Origin: Nitrospira japonica
Lineage (GTDB): Bacteria > Nitrospirota > Thermodesulfovibrionia > Thermodesulfovibrionales > SM23-35
Reading direction: 5' to 3'
DNA: 53,771 nucleotides
Assembly: GCA_020725385.1 (NCBI GenBank)
Contig: DYFC01000033.1
Location: forward strand, 1-53,771
Below, piece by piece: positions 30,991 through 40,128 of this stretch. The notes under the pieces were generated by a model. That model saw only the letters and a program-made list of their open reading frames with translations. It was not told the DNA's origin and searched no databases. The position numbers were made by a program, and so were the translations under genes. Each line of letters starts with the position of its first letter. The stretch's first letter is position 1.

Positions 30991-31143
30991 AAATTTTTCC
31001 TCAAATGGAAAACATTGCCTTTTTTTCTTCGCTCTTTGCTCTCAAGTGTGCTCACGGTTCACGCTTTGCAATTTATGGTTCTGGCCAATTGACACAAAGG
31101 TAATCTGGCAATTTCCTTAATTAATTTTATTCAATCAAAAGTA

Positions 31144-31159
31144 TGGCATATCAATTGCA
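31144..31159 (+). promoter_or_regulatory. sigma54 promoter for motAB
   Basis: TGGCAT-ATCAA-TTGCA, near consensus. Confidence 0.8.
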
Positions 31160-31194
31160 ATAAAAATTCTAATTATTTATATACGGAGGTTAAA

Positions 31195-31980
31195 ATGAAT
31201 TTTTTATTCTCAATAATTGTTATTGCAGGTTCTCTATTGTTTTTAATCTTAACTTTTAAAGACATTGGCATTAATATGCTTTTAAATACCCATGCTCTTG
31301 TTATAATTTTTGGGGGAACATTTATATCTCTATTTATTGCTTTTCCTTTAAACCGTTTAAAGGACACCGTCACTGATATATTCGATTCATTTAAAGATAA
31401 AAGAGACAGGAATGAAATAATCAAAGACATTGTTGAAATCGCAAGAATATATCGCAGTTCGAATATGAAAAAACTTGAAGAAAAAACCAAAAACATCAAT
31501 GATAGTTTTTTAAGGCTCGGAATAAATCTTCTGCTAAATCACTCTAAGATCAATGAAATAAGAGATATTCTTGAAAGAGAAGCATCCCTTAGAATTGCTC
31601 GATACAATTTAAGTCAGAATATAGTAAGAACAGTCGCAAGACTTGCTCCATCTCTTGGTCTGGCAGGAACCGTCATCAGTCTCGTAAGTATGTTTAAAAA
31701 TTTTCATTCTGTTGATTCCATCGCTCCCATGATGTCAGTCGCACTTATGTCAACTTTTTATGGTGTAATAATCTCAAATGTTTTTGCATTACCCCTAAGC
31801 GCAAAAATCAAGGAAAAGGCTATACTTTCTGATATTCTCATGTCAATTATCATTGAAGGAATTACAGCAATTTACAATATGGAACATCCCTTAAAAATAG
31901 AAGACAGGCTTTCAGGACATGTTGAAACAGTAAAAGTTTACGGTTCTGAAGTAAAAATTCCTTTAACTAATACAGTATAA
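31195..31980 (+). CDS. motA: Flagellar stator A subunit (MotA/PomA family)
   Basis: IIFGGT, LAPSLGLAGTV, VALMSTFYG, EGI...HP; SD GGAGG. Confidence 0.88.
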   Translation: MNFLFSIIVIAGSLLFLILTFKDIGINMLLNTHALVIIFGGTFISLFIAFPLNRLKDTVTDIFDSFKDKRDRNEIIKDIVEIARIYRSSNMKKLEEKTKNINDSFLRLGINLLLNHSKINEIRDILEREASLRIARYNLSQNIVRTVARLAPSLGLAGTVISLVSMFKNFHSVDSIAPMMSVALMSTFYGVIISNVFALPLSAKIKEKAILSDILMSIIIEGITAIYNMEHPLKIEDRLSGHVETVKVYGSEVKIPLTNTV

Positions 31981-31995
31981 ATTTACTAAAATACC

Positions 31996-32679
31996 GTGTT
32001 TAAAAAATATAGAATAAGTCTTGAAAATACTTCCGAGTCTGAAAGTACGTGGCTTATAACATTAAGTGACGTTCTTACCCTTCTTTTAATCTTTTTTATA
32101 ATGTTTGCATTCCTCACAAAAAATATGAAATCATCTGCTGTCCGGAATGTTGACATAAATGAACAAATTCAAAAAAAGGACAATCTGGAATTAAATACTT
32201 CTGAAAAATTGGAGGAAATAGAGGCACAGATGTATAACGCATCAAGGGACTTAAATCTGGACGACTATATTGATATACAGCACATTGGAAATGAATTAAT
32301 AATATCCATAAAAGAAAAAATATCATTTAAATCTGGAGATGCCACTTTACTTCCTGAATCAGAACCTGTGCTTGACAAAATAGCTATAATTCTAAGAGCT
32401 AATCCTGATCTGGATGCTGAAATAAACGGACATACCGATAATATTCCTATAAATACATCAATCTATCCTTCTAACTGGGAATTGTCTGTAGCACGTGCAA
32501 CAAGTGTCTTGAAATATTTCATTAATAAGCATTCAATCGAACCCTTCAGGCTTTCTATAAAAGGAAATGCAGAACAAAGACCCCTCGTTGATAATGATAC
32601 TCCCGGACATAGAATGCAAAATAGAAGAGTTGAGATTAAAATTAGTGAAAAAAAGAATAATTATCTCGGGCAGACATAA
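31996..32679 (+). CDS. motB: Flagellar stator B subunit (MotB/PomB family)
   Basis: WLITLSDVLTLLLIFF TM with conserved Asp; OmpA-like GHTDN, NWELS..RA, NRRVEI. Confidence 0.9.
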   Translation: MFKKYRISLENTSESESTWLITLSDVLTLLLIFFIMFAFLTKNMKSSAVRNVDINEQIQKKDNLELNTSEKLEEIEAQMYNASRDLNLDDYIDIQHIGNELIISIKEKISFKSGDATLLPESEPVLDKIAIILRANPDLDAEINGHTDNIPINTSIYPSNWELSVARATSVLKYFINKHSIEPFRLSIKGNAEQRPLVDNDTPGHRMQNRRVEIKISEKKNNYLGQT

Positions 32680-33962
32680 TTTTTTATATCACCAAGCATT
32701 AATATAAATTTCTTAAGTAAATTATAGTCATAATTATCGGATTCTTTTTTCATAATTTCAAGTGCTTCAAACGGAGTTAATGCTTTCCTGTAAGACCTTT
32801 GTGTTGTTAACGCATCATAACAGTCAACGATAGCGGTTATTCTTCCTGTGAGTGATATTTTATCACCTGATAATCCTCTGGGATAACCTTTGCCAGATAG
32901 TTTTTCATGGTGTTGACTGACGGGAATGAAAGATTCCTTCGGAATATTTTTATGGTAATTTAAAATTTCTTCGCCTCTGTTAACATGAGTTTTCATTATC
33001 ATATATTCTTCATCGGATAGCCGGGCTTTTTTATTCAATACCTCAGAAGGGATTAAACTTTTACCTATATCATGCAAAATTGCTCCTATACCAAGTGATT
33101 CTATTTCATGTTTTTTCAATCCTATTGAAATCCCGAGTCCTATCGACAATACAGAAACATTAACCGAGTGAGTATATGTATAGTAATCATAGTTTTTAAT
33201 AGTTAGCAGATCATATAAGGTTTCATTATTATAAGTAATACTGTTTATGATTGTGCTAACTGAATTAATAGTTTTTTTAAGAATTTCACCGCTTCTCGGG
33301 TTGTTGAATAATTCCCTGACAACAATTTTTGAACTTTCCTTTATAATACGGGTTTTAATTGAACGGTCACTTTGAATATTTAAAATAGAATCAAGATATT
33401 CCTGATAAAAAACCAGATTATTCTTATTTACTAAGAATTCTCCAGAATTATCTAATGCTTCTTCCTGTATTTTATAAGGCTCTGTTTTTGAAGCCTTAAT
33501 TAACATTTTCATTCTTGTTTTTTCAAACAAATAAAGATTGAAGAAAATTTCCGTTCCTGGAATAAATACTGAACTATCAACTTGATGGAACTGCTCTTTA
33601 AAATAAAGGAAATTTTTTTCTGAACCGGGTTTTATTTCATTTAACTGTGATTCTTTGAGAGAGCCCTCCCTTAAATAATCTTCGTATATTCCGATATCCT
33701 TCGAGAGTATAAATATATCTCTAATACCTCTTTTTTTTAAATAATCCCCTGCTTTTTCAGGGAAAATAGTACCTTTGTTAAAAAGATATTTAATAATATT
33801 TAAATCCTTTACATAAATATCAAATGGCAAAACTTCTCCTGATTTTAGTTTTTCAACATCAATCTGGAGATAATCATCTTTTGATTTAATTATCTTATAA
33901 GTAGTTTCACCCATTTCTTTACCCAAACATACTGATTCATTTCTATTTTCGGATTTTTCCAT
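32661..33962 (-). CDS. HD-GYP phosphodiesterase
   Basis: YTYTHSVNV, LHDIGK, HHEKLSGKGYP, DCYDALT. Confidence 0.9.
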   Translation of the reverse strand: MEKSENRNESVCLGKEMGETTYKIIKSKDDYLQIDVEKLKSGEVLPFDIYVKDLNIIKYLFNKGTIFPEKAGDYLKKRGIRDIFILSKDIGIYEDYLREGSLKESQLNEIKPGSEKNFLYFKEQFHQVDSSVFIPGTEIFFNLYLFEKTRMKMLIKASKTEPYKIQEEALDNSGEFLVNKNNLVFYQEYLDSILNIQSDRSIKTRIIKESSKIVVRELFNNPRSGEILKKTINSVSTIINSITYNNETLYDLLTIKNYDYYTYTHSVNVSVLSIGLGISIGLKKHEIESLGIGAILHDIGKSLIPSEVLNKKARLSDEEYMIMKTHVNRGEEILNYHKNIPKESFIPVSQHHEKLSGKGYPRGLSGDKISLTGRITAIVDCYDALTTQRSYRKALTPFEALEIMKKESDNYDYNLLKKFILMLGDIKNYVCPR

Positions 33963-34043
33963 GAATATATTTAGTTTTACATAGGAGGTGGTTTATTTTG
34001 TCCAAAAAATTGAGGAATAAATAATCAATTTTTGTTGAATAGG

Positions 34044-34096
34044 AAAATCAAGAGGCTAAATAAATTTTTAAGCGATGTCCGGATCATTTTAGTTAA
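34044..34096. repeat. Decayed right end of the MITE-like repeat
   Basis: 34044..34084 matches 88..128 at 32/41, and the terminal gttaa aligns in register; TTA is the stop of the HAD gene. Confidence 0.6.
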
Positions 34097-34662
34097 GATT
34101 TTTTCAATAAAAATTCGAGAATATCATCGAGGTTATCCAAAAGTATATATCCGTTTTCATAATGACTCTTATTCCACGGGAATAAAAGACCTGCTCCCTG
34201 TACTTGTTTTTCCTTTGCTTTTTCAAGTACTTTTGGTGAATCATCAACGACAAAACAATTATTATCATTAAACAGTATTGTTTTGTCATAAGAAAGGTGT
34301 AATTCGTCAAAATAAAGTCCGTGCATTTTCAACCATCTTTCTGTAGGAATTCTACTATTTTCAGAACGATGGCTTGCAATGGTTATATGAAAGCCCTCTC
34401 TTTTTAAGGTATTGAGAAATTTCTTTGCTTCAGGATATGGCAAATGTTTTTCATCATCCTGATTGAGATGAATTTTATTGATTGCATTCATAAATTCTTC
34501 AATCGAACAATAATTCTGCCAGAAATCCCAATCAATCCAGAATTCAGGTGAAGGAATCGTGTTATTGATTATTTTTAATTCTTCATAAAGAACATCGCAG
34601 AAATGCCATAAAGTATTATCAATATCAACTATTGCTCTTAATCTTTTTGCCAATAATTTCAA
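34093..34662 (-). CDS. HAD-superfamily 5'(3')-nucleotidase-like protein
   Basis: VDIDNTL motif I, ASHR motif II, K, VVDDSP motif IV. Confidence 0.8.
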   Translation of the reverse strand: MKLLAKRLRAIVDIDNTLWHFCDVLYEELKIINNTIPSPEFWIDWDFWQNYCSIEEFMNAINKIHLNQDDEKHLPYPEAKKFLNTLKREGFHITIASHRSENSRIPTERWLKMHGLYFDELHLSYDKTILFNDNNCFVVDDSPKVLEKAKEKQVQGAGLLFPWNKSHYENGYILLDNLDDILEFLLKKS

Positions 34663-34909
34663 ATGTTTTATTTCTTTAACCGTAAAAATTACTTCCTGTA
34701 CTTTAAAACAAAATAAAAGCTGTAATAAAATTCAATTTGAGGATAATATTTTCTTAGATATTCCTCAACATCGGGCTGTATTGAATAAGCTACAATTTTA
34801 TAAATTATAACAAAAAAATATTTTTCTCGTTCTAAGAAAACCTAAAAGACACACCTAAGCCTACAAGCTGGATAACTATAAAAAATGTTATAATATTTTT
34901 TAAGTTATT

Positions 34910-34984
34910 GCGGGCGTAACTCAGCGGTAGAGTGTTAGCTTCCCAAGCTGAAGGTCGCGGGTTCGAATCCCGTCGCCCGCTCCA
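34910..34984 (+). tRNA. tRNA-Gly (anticodon CCC)
   Basis: GCGGGCGTAACTCAGCGGTAGAGTG-TTAGC TT CCC AA GCTGA-AGGTCGCGGGTTCGAATCCCGTCGCCCGCTCCA. Confidence 0.97.
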
Positions 34985-34996
34985 GAATTATTTGAT

Positions 34997-35026
34997 AAAA
35001 AGGGAGCAACTACAAAATTGCTCCCT
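34997..35026 (-). terminator. Intrinsic terminator between convergent tRNA-Gly and the 571-aa gene
   Basis: 9-bp stem agggagcaa..ttgctccct with a T-run on the minus strand. Confidence 0.75.
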
Positions 35027-35041
35027 CTGATATAATAGATT

Positions 35042-36757
35042 TTATCCTACCGGAACATTAATATCCATTCTGAAATAATAATTATTTGAGTCAGATGTCA
35101 TAAAACCTGCAATAATATCTTCAAGAGGATCATCAATTGAAGAGTCGTCTTCAGGGTCAGTTACAGAAGAATTAATTCCATTCCAGTCATTGACATTTCC
35201 ATCAATTGTAATTGTAGCAGCCCATGCAAATGTTGCTATTGAAACAATAGCAAATATTAAAAATAATAATTTGCCCATATGAGTTTTTCTTGTTTTAATA
35301 AAATAAATCGAGATAAACCCAATCATTATACTTAAAATTATAAATCCTGTTTTATTTAAAGCTGGTATTCCAAGCCCCTGCTGGAAATAAAATGGGCTGG
35401 TATAATCATTGGCTAATGAAATTGAAGCATGATAGACTATCTTCATGGTACCTGTTGGATTATTGAGATTTGCCCTTGATGTTAAAAATTCTATAGCGGT
35501 AGCTCCATTTACACCATTACCGACATTAATTGGGTAATCTGTATCGTTAATATCTATTGCTACAAAAGCACTGCCATTATACCTCTGAGTGACTATTGTA
35601 TCTATATAGAAACCCTCATCATAAGTTACATATGCTGTAACTATATAATCAATACCATTAATATCTTCTTCGCTTCCTTTTTGTTTAACATGAACCGTAC
35701 CACCTGTGCTCACATTATTATCAGAGTCTATTAATGCTTCATAGTAATAATATTGTTCTTTAGGGGCATCTGTCCCGTAAGTTGAAAACGCAATTTGAAT
35801 TTCGTTGCTTTTATTCTTAACATCTGAAAATATTTCATTTAAAGGTATCTTGAACTCATATACTTTATGTTGATAACCTGCCCTTTCTGTATATAAAAAC
35901 CCGGGCTTTCCCCAAAGTTTGTCAACTTCAGAAACTCTAAAATTTTTAATACCCTCATCTGTTTTTATATGGACTTCGGCATAATCTTTTTCTCCATCTT
36001 TGGTATTATCACCAGTAAAATCAATTGCAACATAAAGATTTTTATCATCATTATAAACCCAGCCATATGTGTAATTAGAGGGGTGGCCTGTTCCTGAGAT
36101 TGAATATTCTTTAAAGAAAGGTGACCAATTTTTTATTTCATTGAGATTTCCATCGAGCAAACATTTCCCCATCTTTGAGTTCAGACTGTATTTGTAGAAC
36201 TCTGATTTGTCTGTTATCGGTTTATATGTATTAATTATAGGGAAACGAAAAGGTGTCTTACTTATTATAGTTTCTTCAATTCTTGCTGTTAAAGACAAGG
36301 TGTAATCCTTAATATCATTGTTGAATGATATTTTTATAGACTTATTATGTGAATCTATGACGTCAAAATCTTTTTTTGAGAGTTTTTTCAAACCATTTTC
36401 ATTTCCATTAATTTTAACCGGTGGTTTTCCTCCAAGAGAAATAGAATCTATATGTGATGCTCCGCCGCCTTTTTGGGATAAAATTATATTGACAAGTTCG
36501 CCTTGTTTAACGTACTTACTCAAATCAAGATCTTTTTGAGTAAAGTACTTGTTGAAAGATAATTTACCAGCTTCTTTATAAGAATTATCTTTAACAATAT
36601 AAACTATGAACTCACCATTATTCCTTTGAAGCTCAAAAGCTGGCACATAATAATTCTTGTAAAGATCTTTGGTAATTGCTGAGTGGCTGTTAAAAGGAAA
36701 TAAGAAAATTAAAACAAAAGTCAAAACAATTAAAAAACCCCTCGCATTTTTCATCAT
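35042..36757 (-). CDS. Exported DOMON/CBM9-like protein with internal IPTL-CTERM-like signal and second signal peptide
   Basis: N-terminal signal peptide; IPALNKTGFIILSIMIGFISIYFIKTRK at aa 464-491; MGKLLFLIFAIVSIATFAWA at aa 494-513; SD-like AAGGGGG. Confidence 0.8.
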   Translation of the reverse strand: MMKNARGFLIVLTFVLIFLFPFNSHSAITKDLYKNYYVPAFELQRNNGEFIVYIVKDNSYKEAGKLSFNKYFTQKDLDLSKYVKQGELVNIILSQKGGGASHIDSISLGGKPPVKINGNENGLKKLSKKDFDVIDSHNKSIKISFNNDIKDYTLSLTARIEETIISKTPFRFPIINTYKPITDKSEFYKYSLNSKMGKCLLDGNLNEIKNWSPFFKEYSISGTGHPSNYTYGWVYNDDKNLYVAIDFTGDNTKDGEKDYAEVHIKTDEGIKNFRVSEVDKLWGKPGFLYTERAGYQHKVYEFKIPLNEIFSDVKNKSNEIQIAFSTYGTDAPKEQYYYYEALIDSDNNVSTGGTVHVKQKGSEEDINGIDYIVTAYVTYDEGFYIDTIVTQRYNGSAFVAIDINDTDYPINVGNGVNGATAIEFLTSRANLNNPTGTMKIVYHASISLANDYTSPFYFQQGLGIPALNKTGFIILSIMIGFISIYFIKTRKTHMGKLLFLIFAIVSIATFAWAATITIDGNVNDWNGINSSVTDPEDDSSIDDPLEDIIAGFMTSDSNNYYFRMDINVPVG

Positions 36758-36905
36758 AAACCCCCTTAATTTTTGCTTAATTATACAAATACTTGACTTT
36801 AAATTTCAATAGAGATAACATACTTTCTAAAAATAGACAATAACAATATTTAACGTTATTCACTATAATCTTCATTAATCTTCATTTCTTATGAAAGGAG
36901 GAGTT

Positions 36906-38264
36906 ATGGAAGAGGTTAAGAAGCCAATGGGATGGAAAGAACTATACTTAAAAGAGGATTGGTGGGCTATATATCTTGGCCTCGGAATTGTATTTGCTGC
37001 AATTTTATTCTTTTACTCGGGGAATCCATTGCTAAAATCGCTAAGTGTACTTCCACCAAAGTGGACAGAATCCGGCAAACTTTTTGAACATTTCTCAACC
37101 AACGTTATCTGGTATGTAGCACAATTTTGTTTTTGGCTTATCATATTTAGTATCAGTACAAAAATTCTCGGGTTTAAGCAGACCGAATACATACCATCAT
37201 TTATCTTCCTTTACATACTTTCTGTTATTACTTTTATTATCGGTGAATATAAGCCTTTATCAGATAATGGATTCGAACCACCTCTTGTCGCACTTTTAAT
37301 AGGACTTTTCATATCAAACACTTTAAGAGTTCCTAAATGGATGGACTCAGGATTTAGAGTTGAGTATTATATAAAAACAGGTATAGTATTGCTTGGAGCA
37401 ACCCTTCCTTTCACGCTAATCCTTTGGGCAGGTCATATAGCACTTTTTCAAGCTACCTTAGTTTCTGTTATAACCTGCCTTACTATTTATTTCGTCGGTA
37501 CAAAGCTATTTGGACTTGATAAGCGTTTCAGTTCTGTTCTTGGTGTTGGTGCTGCTATTTGTGGTGTTTCTGCTGCCATAGCAGTTGGCGGTGCAGTTAA
37601 AGCAAAAAAAGAAGACATCTCAATTACAATAACACTTGTAACTATATGGGCAATTGTCATGATTTTCTTTATCCCTTATGCTTCAAAATTCCTGAATCTT
37701 CATCCTGCTCCTGTTGGTGCATGGGTAGGTTCATCTGAATTTGCAGATGCAGCAGGGTTTGCAGCAGCGGTTGCATATGGCAAAATGGTTGGAAACGAAG
37801 AGCCTGCGGTTAGAGCATTTACATTAATGAAAGTTATCGGGAGAGATATATGGCTTGGAATATGGTCTTTTATTTTTGCGCTCATTGCATGTTTGAAGTG
37901 GGAAAAAGAAGAATGTGGTGAAAAACCTAAAGCATCTGAAATCTGGTGGAGGTTTCCGAAATTTGTTCTCGGTTTCTTTGTAGCTTCTGTCATAATCACA
38001 GTTATTGCTTCAGGCTATTCTCAGGCAGATTATAAAAATATTCTTACACCCGAACTCATCAAACCTATAAAAAGTTTACGTTCATGGGCTTTTATATTCT
38101 GTTTCTTAAGCATTGGATTGACAACAAGATTTCGTGAACTTGCTTCTGCAGGGAAAAAACCTTTCTGGGCATTTACAATTGGTGTCATTGTTAATGCAAC
38201 AATTGGATTCATTCTTTCAGTTTTGGTGCTTGGTGACTTTTGGATAGAAAAGACAATGCAGTAA
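36906..38264 (+). CDS. YeiH/UPF0324 putative sulfate exporter family membrane protein
   Basis: EDWWAI.LG, EYYIKTGIVLLG, ICGVSAAIA, FPKFVLGF, FLSIGL; SD GGAGGAG before ATG 36906. Confidence 0.88.
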   Translation: MEEVKKPMGWKELYLKEDWWAIYLGLGIVFAAILFFYSGNPLLKSLSVLPPKWTESGKLFEHFSTNVIWYVAQFCFWLIIFSISTKILGFKQTEYIPSFIFLYILSVITFIIGEYKPLSDNGFEPPLVALLIGLFISNTLRVPKWMDSGFRVEYYIKTGIVLLGATLPFTLILWAGHIALFQATLVSVITCLTIYFVGTKLFGLDKRFSSVLGVGAAICGVSAAIAVGGAVKAKKEDISITITLVTIWAIVMIFFIPYASKFLNLHPAPVGAWVGSSEFADAAGFAAAVAYGKMVGNEEPAVRAFTLMKVIGRDIWLGIWSFIFALIACLKWEKEECGEKPKASEIWWRFPKFVLGFFVASVIITVIASGYSQADYKNILTPELIKPIKSLRSWAFIFCFLSIGLTTRFRELASAGKKPFWAFTIGVIVNATIGFILSVLVLGDFWIEKTMQ

Positions 38265-38449
38265 TAAAATATACCTGCAGGGACTGTAAATATTTTAATA
38301 ACGACCCGGCATGGCTCGAAAAGTCATTGCCGGGTCTAAATGCTTTAAGCTCTGCCTATGGTTCTACAAGAGGGGAAAATGGTATTTGCACCAAACAGGA
38401 TATTTACCTCTCACCTGTTGAAAAATGCAGATTTTTTGAAAAAAAATGA
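38240..38449 (+). CDS. Small four-cysteine protein
   Basis: CRDCKYF..GIC..CRFF; overlaps YeiH 3' end; TTG start uncertain. Confidence 0.65.
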   Translation: MDRKDNAVIKYTCRDCKYFNNDPAWLEKSLPGLNALSSAYGSTRGENGICTKQDIYLSPVEKCRFFEKK

Positions 38450-38457
38450 AATATCTT

Positions 38458-39024
38458 TCAATTTCTTATATTTTTATAAACATAGTATATCCGTTGTATT
38501 ACCGTAATATGCGTGAGAATTAGCATAATCCAGAATACAGGGGTAATCCATCCTGTTAATGCACCGAATATTAATAATATTATTCTCTCTGGTCTCTCCA
38601 TGATACCGGTGTGACATTCCTGTCCAACTCCTTCTGCTCTTGCACGGCTATAGCTTATTAAAAAAGCTCCAACAAGTGTTCCAAGACTTAAAAATGAGCC
38701 TGTATGATTTCCATTTGCTGCAAGATACCACGAAAATGAAAGGAATAAAAATGCATCTGAATATCTATCGAGGACTGAATCAAGGAATGCTCCAAATTTT
38801 GTTGCTTTTCCATTGACTCTTGCAACAATTCCATCGAGCATATCAAAGAAGCCAGCAAGCATAATAAGTAATCCACCGAGTTTGAGATTCTGAGGTATTA
38901 CAAACGCTGCAAGAATTGTTACAAGAAAACCAAAAATTGTAATAGTATTTGGACTGAAAGGTAAATGCTTCGCAATTTTCTTTAAAGGCTTGTCATAAAA
39001 ATGTCCAAGCTTTGCACTAATCAT
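38458..39024 (-). CDS. CDP-alcohol phosphatidyltransferase (PIP/AIP synthase-like)
   Basis: SPNTIT, DMLDGIVAR..GAFLDSVLDRYSD, ISYSRARAE, MERPER. Confidence 0.88.
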   Translation of the reverse strand: MISAKLGHFYDKPLKKIAKHLPFSPNTITIFGFLVTILAAFVIPQNLKLGGLLIMLAGFFDMLDGIVARVNGKATKFGAFLDSVLDRYSDAFLFLSFSWYLAANGNHTGSFLSLGTLVGAFLISYSRARAEGVGQECHTGIMERPERIILLIFGALTGWITPVFWIMLILTHITVIQRIYYVYKNIRN

Positions 39025-40127
39025 TACCTTTCTATTTTGCCTTGAATGAAATCTTCGACCATATTTTTTGCCTGTTCATCCGGATATTGTATCAAAGGAT
39101 GTTTCATAAAATAAGCTGAAGGTGATGTAAGAACTCCTCCTATACCTCTATCTATTGCCAATTTGCAGCATCTAATTGCATCTATGACAACTCCGGCACT
39201 GTTTGGAGAATCTTCAACAGATAGCCTCATCTCAAGATGTATAGGAATATTTCCAAAATTTCTTCCTTCCATTCTCAAAAAACATATTTTATTATCTTTT
39301 AGCCATGGAATATAATCCGAAGGTCCGATATGAATATTCTCGTGAAAAAGAGGTGAATGCATCTGCGATTGTACAGCTTCGGTTTTCGATATTTTCTTTG
39401 ATTTTAATCTTGTACGGTTTAACATATTTAGAAAATCAGTGTTTCCACCTACATTAAGCTGATATGTACAGTCAAGTTTAACACCTCTATCTTCAAAGAG
39501 TTTTGTAAGGACTCTGTGAATAATTGTAGCGCCGATTTGACTTTTAATATCATCACCAATAATTGGTATGCCTCTTTTCTCAAAACGCTTTGCCCAGTCT
39601 TTATTAGATGCAATAAAAACAGGCACACAATTAATAAAACCAATACCGGTTTTCAAACAAGCTTCAGCATAAAACGAAGTTGCTTTCTCAGAGCCAACTG
39701 GCAAATAGCTTATAAGTAAGTCTGCGCCACTTTCTTTTAAAACTTTTGGTACATTACAAGGTTTCTTCTTTGCGACTATAAATCTTCTATTTTCAGGATA
39801 ATCACCCATATGTGGTGATACCCCGTCAAGCACATTTCCCATCATTACAGGGACTGGTATTTCAGGAATATATTTTGTTATAACTTTTGTACAATTTGGC
39901 TCAGAGAATATTGCTTTGCTAAGAGGTTCTCCTACTTTTCTAACATCAATGTCAAAAGCTGCGACAAATTCGATGTCTTCAGGAACATATCCTCCCAGGT
40001 TATAATGCATAAGCCCTAATGATTTATCAGGGTCATCCTTTTTCATTTTGCTGTAATATGCAACACCCTGAATTAATGAACTCGCACAATTACCAACACC
40101 GGCAATAGCTACTTTAATCTTTCCCAT
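39024..40127 (-). CDS. ino1: myo-inositol-1-phosphate synthase
   Basis: GVGNCASSL.QG, YLPVGS, GDDIKSQ.GATI.HR, QLNVGGNTDF, SKKISKT, DSPNSAG. Confidence 0.95.
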   Translation of the reverse strand: MGKIKVAIAGVGNCASSLIQGVAYYSKMKKDDPDKSLGLMHYNLGGYVPEDIEFVAAFDIDVRKVGEPLSKAIFSEPNCTKVITKYIPEIPVPVMMGNVLDGVSPHMGDYPENRRFIVAKKKPCNVPKVLKESGADLLISYLPVGSEKATSFYAEACLKTGIGFINCVPVFIASNKDWAKRFEKRGIPIIGDDIKSQIGATIIHRVLTKLFEDRGVKLDCTYQLNVGGNTDFLNMLNRTRLKSKKISKTEAVQSQMHSPLFHENIHIGPSDYIPWLKDNKICFLRMEGRNFGNIPIHLEMRLSVEDSPNSAGVVIDAIRCCKLAIDRGIGGVLTSPSAYFMKHPLIQYPDEQAKNMVEDFIQGKIER

Positions 40128-40128
40128 T

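Noticed and set aside
31000-31140. c-di-GMP riboswitch upstream of motA
   Set aside because: No GEMM signature recognised, and the region lies upstream of the sigma54 promoter; only a weak gctcacg/gttcacg repeat is present.
34663-34909. Possible ncRNA or gene remnant upstream of tRNA-Gly
   Set aside because: No ORF, stable structure or recognisable motif beyond promoter-like TATAAT elements.
35042-35278. Separate small gene starting at Met494 fused by a sequencing error
   Set aside because: The frame is continuous, there is no clear SD before Met494, and the tail is only half a domain that complements the upstream half. A read check is still advisable.
34910-36890. Genomic island integrated at tRNA-Gly
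   Set aside because: No integrase and no duplicated tRNA 3' end seen in the window.
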